Shown piece by piece: positions 60,266 through 64,000 of a stretch of DNA of 64,000 nt (position 1 is its first letter; each line of letters begins with the position of its first letter). Made by a program: the position numbers and the translations under genes. The notes under the pieces were generated by a model. It saw only the letters and a list, made by a program, of their open reading frames with translations. It was not told where the DNA came from and ran no database searches. The DNA is from Bacteroidota bacterium (GTDB lineage: Bacteria; Bacteroidota; Bacteroidia; Bacteroidales; FEN-979), in assembly GCA_037137455.1 (NCBI GenBank), contig JBAXKG010000003.1, positions 20,373 to 84,372 of the forward strand, read 5' to 3'.

Positions 60266-60754
60266 TCAGATTTTAAGTTCTTTTAATACTTCGGCGGTCA
60301 GGTCAAATTCAAATCCTTTGCCTGTGACAAAAGTGATAATTTTTTCGCGGATGTTCAAGTTTTTTTCCGGTTTAATTTCTAATTTTTTTTTGAGGATCAA
60401 TTCCATGACGGTTTTCCGGTAATCTTCCTCGCTGATCTCCAGCAATGCTTCATGGATGATATGATCGGGAATGCTACGGCATTTTAGTTCATATCTTATT
60501 CTCAAACGGCCCCATTTGTTGATACGAAATTTGCCCCTTGCAAATAGCTTTGCAAAGCGCTCATCATCAATGAAACCCTCATCCTTAAGTTTTTTTGTGA
60601 TTTTATTGCTAATACCACCGGGAACTTTCCATTCCGAAAGTTTTTGTTTCACATCCCATAAGCACCGCTCCTGGTAAGCACAGTAACGACTGATCCTGTC
60701 AAAAATTCCTGCAGGATCGCTGTTTGATGAATCAGAGTTGCCAGTTTTCGCCAT
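60266..60754 (-). CDS. recX: RecX regulatory protein
   Basis: RYCAYQERC, GFIDDERFA, KWGRLRI and KGFE; start placed at ATG 60754 to avoid overlap with the upstream gene. Confidence 0.9.
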   Translation of the reverse strand: MAKTGNSDSSNSDPAGIFDRISRYCAYQERCLWDVKQKLSEWKVPGGISNKITKKLKDEGFIDDERFAKLFARGKFRINKWGRLRIRYELKCRSIPDHIIHEALLEISEEDYRKTVMELILKKKLEIKPEKNLNIREKIITFVTGKGFEFDLTAEVLKELKI

Positions 60755-60773
60755 ACCCGGACAGCATTTATTC

Positions 60774-63700
60774 CTATTTTTGTTTCTCAAACACATCAAC
60801 CTCCCTGAAGTAGATTGGCCCATGCGATGAATCTTCGCTTATCCAGAGGAGATATCTGTATTGCCTTGATTTATCATTCAACGGAATTATGGTGTAAAGA
60901 GCTTTACTGTTACCCCAGATATCTTCGGGGGGCGCATAAAGAATATAATTCCACCCCGAAGCCATCGGATCGCCTTTTACCGGAGGACATTTATCACCTG
61001 AGGCGCCCCAGAGCGTGAATGTTTGAACTCCCCGTTTTGTATTTTGAGCTGTGAAAATATGAATGCTGTCAAGTTCAATCTCTTTCTGAAGGTCCATCAG
61101 GATGCGTCCTTCACCTTTCTCCGACCACTTGTCGTTGAGCGAATCGCCAGGTAAAAGATCGTACATGCCATCGTTGATGGCCGATACATTCATTCCATTC
61201 TTTATTGACCCTGTAAGGGATGAATCGGCTCCACTAAAGTAATAGGTCGATGTTACTCCGTTGGGTTGGTGGATGTCGGCATAATCTTTCATGGTTAGGC
61301 GGGCAGGCAATTCAGTAAGTTTACGGTTTCGGGTTACAACCAATTTGGCTGCCGGCGCCATGTTCTCGTCCACGTTGCTTTTTGGCAGATTCAAAGGCAT
61401 AGATTGCCGTTCAGTAAAATCATCGTAAAGAGCTGCTGCCTGACGAACCTGATCGAAAGGGTTATCAGAAACCGAAATGGCGAAAATTTTAATAGCATCA
61501 TTTTCCGGAAGTTGAAGAGTTCCGCTAACGGGAGAGGCCTCCAGGGAATATTTGAAAATATACCCATAATTGTAAGGGATGTTTATTGTGTCCTTATGCA
61601 GATGTGTTGAAAACCATGCAACCTCATTGCGTTTGATATATCCTTTTTCCAAACCATTGATACGTCCGAGTTTATCCCATCGGCGGTTGTCAAACTGCCC
61701 GATGTTGCCATGATATTTTTGAATCCTGAGATTAGTTTTAGCGCCTCCGACCCTGAAGGTGCCGATTGTATCGTTGAGCGCCGCAGCAAGAAGATAAACA
61801 TGGTTGAAATTTCCGGTTTTGGGTAAAACAATCTTTTGTCCGTTACATGAAAGTACGTTATTTTTTCCATCGGTTTTGGACCCCAGATTGAATTGAACTC
61901 CATCGACAATCAGCGACTCAGGCAACAATTCAGCCGGGATGCTTAGTCCTATATCATCGAAACCGCCATTCTTTTTGTTTTTTTCGTTGCTTATTACATC
62001 CTGATCATAAGGAAGAGGAAGCCCGATTGAGGAAGGCTCAGTGAGCTTTTCTACCGGAGGTTCCAATTGAACAGCAAAACTGCGCATGGCATATTTTTTC
62101 ATGTCTATGAGCAACTTTCCATTTTTCAGGGTAGCATCCCCGATATTGCGTTCCTGTCCGTCAACTTCCCATGTTTTAATGATTTTTCCCGGCAACGAGA
62201 CTTCCACATTCTGAATATCTTTCCCAACCAATTCCTGAAGACGAAGTATTATTTCCTTGCCGTTTTCAGCCTTTTTGAGCGAGCGCAGATCAACTTGTGG
62301 AACAGAGATTTTCGCAAACGAGAAATTTTTTCCAAGGAACCCGGGATGCTGTGAGGCCTGGAATGGCCTGAGCGGCTGATTAAGGCTACGCGCCTGCCAT
62401 TCGGATAGTCCTGTGCGCCAGTCCCCTTTGTGGCTGTATATCCCATAGGTGATTTCATGAATTCCCCAGTCCTGTGTTGCCTGATCGTGATAAAAATTGG
62501 TAGTGGGAGTGAAAAGCATTGTCAGGCGAAGGGTTTTGTCGTCAGGTTTATCAGAACCGAATTTGCAATTTTCCAGGATTGTAACACCAAAAGAGCCGGA
62601 TTTATCAGTGAGGTCAAACCATTCGCGGGAGGGAACTTCATACTTTTTTTCATTGTTATTTGTCCGTTCTGCAGTTCCCAATCCAAGATTATAGGTTGCC
62701 ACGGTATTGGAAGCCGTGAGAGGAAAAGCTACTTTCAGGCTTACCCCGCTTGATTGCCAGTTGATAGTGTTCCGAACGATGACATTCTCCTTCGCTGCCG
62801 CGAGCTGGATATACTGTGTAAATACCGAATTTCGGGCATTGCGTTCAATTTTCAGTGTGGCGCGAACCGGACCATTTTCCAGCACAGTTATATTAGCCGG
62901 ACCTGCAACATAATCAACAGGAGGATTCTTCCGGTCGTTCCAGTCCATGTTCCAGGCAGGCCAGTATTCAGGATGCTCCTTCTGAAATTCCAAACGGGAA
63001 GGAGATGAAAGAATCTCTTTTCCCAGTTTTTTATCGAAGATCCTGGAAATATCACCTGCTGAGTTAACCGTCACCTTTAAAAATTCATTTTCGAGTGTGT
63101 TATTTGAAATAGTAAGCATTGTTTTATAAGTTGAAGCTTCTTTGACCGGTTGAACATCGAACACGGCCAGTCCGAGAGAGGGAACTAAGGCAGAAAAAAG
63201 TATCCTGATACTGTTCTTGGTTGAATTGAGTAACTGTGATGGAATTTCCGTATTCATCGCGTCAAATACTTTTACGGCTTTCGGAGCGCCTTCCGCATAA
63301 AGGATTTCTGCTTCAACAACATCCTTACGGGCAATTGCAAGAGGATTATAAACCACTAGAGCTATTCCCTTTCCCTGAGTATCCATAGCCCGGATCAGGA
63401 CCCCAACCGAACTTTCAAGACTGGCGGAGAATTTATTCATGGCCAGGACTTCATCATTCCAGGCATATTCATATGCTTTCGGAAGGCTTGTACCTGGCAC
63501 AATATCGTGCATCTGGCTGCCCAGTACCAACCACCAGGCTTCGTTCAGCGATCGCTGTGGGTATTTGATACCACCCAGCCAATCGGCCATAACGGCTAAG
63601 GGTTCAGCAGCAAGAGCAAGTTGTTCGTTCTGACGGTTCCAACGTTTCATATAGGCTTGTGATGTGAGTGATCCCGATGAGTGTTCTGTCAGTAAAAGAT

Positions 63701-63998
63701 CACCACTATAAGAGGGAAGCTGTTTTTGTTGATCTTCGGTGAGGTCGCGGAAAAGCTGGTCGGAGGAAGTAAGATAAACATTGATTTTACTATCGGGCAG
63801 GCCCAGACTTTCAACCGCATTTTTAACATCTTCCTCACGTGGAGCGCCACCTTCATCGCCTACACCATAATACCGGTAGTCGGCAAAAACGCCATATTTT
63901 TTTCCATTTTCCATCACGCGGTTTACCCAGTAACGGGTTGTATCCAGCCGTTTTTTAATATCACTTGTATAGCTTGTGGCATTCAGTGCGGCAATCAC
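60774..63998 (-). CDS. GH38 alpha-mannosidase (N-terminus lies outside the window)
   Basis: YGVGD-x-GG, MKRWNR-x-NE-x-L, QMHDIVPGTS, VYNPL, LENEFLKV and YEVPSREWFDL; long C-terminal beta-sandwich extension. Confidence 0.9.
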   Translation of the reverse strand: MIAALNATSYTSDIKKRLDTTRYWVNRVMENGKKYGVFADYRYYGVGDEGGAPREEDVKNAVESLGLPDSKINVYLTSSDQLFRDLTEDQQKQLPSYSGDLLLTEHSSGSLTSQAYMKRWNRQNEQLALAAEPLAVMADWLGGIKYPQRSLNEAWWLVLGSQMHDIVPGTSLPKAYEYAWNDEVLAMNKFSASLESSVGVLIRAMDTQGKGIALVVYNPLAIARKDVVEAEILYAEGAPKAVKVFDAMNTEIPSQLLNSTKNSIRILFSALVPSLGLAVFDVQPVKEASTYKTMLTISNNTLENEFLKVTVNSAGDISRIFDKKLGKEILSSPSRLEFQKEHPEYWPAWNMDWNDRKNPPVDYVAGPANITVLENGPVRATLKIERNARNSVFTQYIQLAAAKENVIVRNTINWQSSGVSLKVAFPLTASNTVATYNLGLGTAERTNNNEKKYEVPSREWFDLTDKSGSFGVTILENCKFGSDKPDDKTLRLTMLFTPTTNFYHDQATQDWGIHEITYGIYSHKGDWRTGLSEWQARSLNQPLRPFQASQHPGFLGKNFSFAKISVPQVDLRSLKKAENGKEIILRLQELVGKDIQNVEVSLPGKIIKTWEVDGQERNIGDATLKNGKLLIDMKKYAMRSFAVQLEPPVEKLTEPSSIGLPLPYDQDVISNEKNKKNGGFDDIGLSIPAELLPESLIVDGVQFNLGSKTDGKNNVLSCNGQKIVLPKTGNFNHVYLLAAALNDTIGTFRVGGAKTNLRIQKYHGNIGQFDNRRWDKLGRINGLEKGYIKRNEVAWFSTHLHKDTINIPYNYGYIFKYSLEASPVSGTLQLPENDAIKIFAISVSDNPFDQVRQAAALYDDFTERQSMPLNLPKSNVDENMAPAAKLVVTRNRKLTELPARLTMKDYADIHQPNGVTSTYYFSGADSSLTGSIKNGMNVSAINDGMYDLLPGDSLNDKWSEKGEGRILMDLQKEIELDSIHIFTAQNTKRGVQTFTLWGASGDKCPPVKGDPMASGWNYILYAPPEDIWGNSKALYTIIPLNDKSRQYRYLLWISEDSSHGPIYFREVDVFEKQK

Positions 63999-64000
63999 GC

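Noticed and set aside
1-64000. tRNA, rRNA, transposase, integrase, prophage or defence genes
   Set aside because: Almost the whole window is covered by recognisable CDSs and none of these signatures was seen by eye. Short RNAs in the spacers cannot be excluded without a covariance-model scan.

Overview
Gene-dense chromosomal window that looks like a Bacteroidota (probably Bacteroidales) genome: TAnnTTTG promoter boxes, a T9SS C-terminal domain protein, a Reg_prop/Y_Y_Y sensor kinase and few Shine-Dalgarno motifs at gene starts. The centre is a ~29 kb, 28-gene minus-strand surface-polysaccharide locus (7503-36641). It encodes 13 glycosyltransferases, a WecA-like initiator, gmd/fcl, Wzm/Wzt, a Wzy-like polymerase, Wza/Wzc and three acyltransferases. 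Three receiver-domain proteins without DNA-binding outputs lie inside the locus, one of them built on an ATP-dead pseudo-kinase. Its Wzc has no C-terminal tyrosine cluster, and its last gene is a non-canonical cis-prenyltransferase. Next to the locus are two paralogous cytoplasmic Hpt-containing hybrid kinases, an ElyC/YdcF protein and a GlcG/HbpS-like protein. Together these are the best candidate for an undescribed system: a His-Asp phosphorelay that may control glycan assembly post-translationally. The flanks hold housekeeping and accessory genes: scoAB, a two-component pair, alkaline phosphatase, 5'-nucleotidase, a CDF transporter, MntH, an M28 peptidase, a GT39/ArnT-like enzyme, fumC, frameshifted prfB, recX and a GH38 mannosidase. 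I saw no rRNA, tRNA, CRISPR array or transposase. All family calls come from recognising motifs by eye; no database searches were run.
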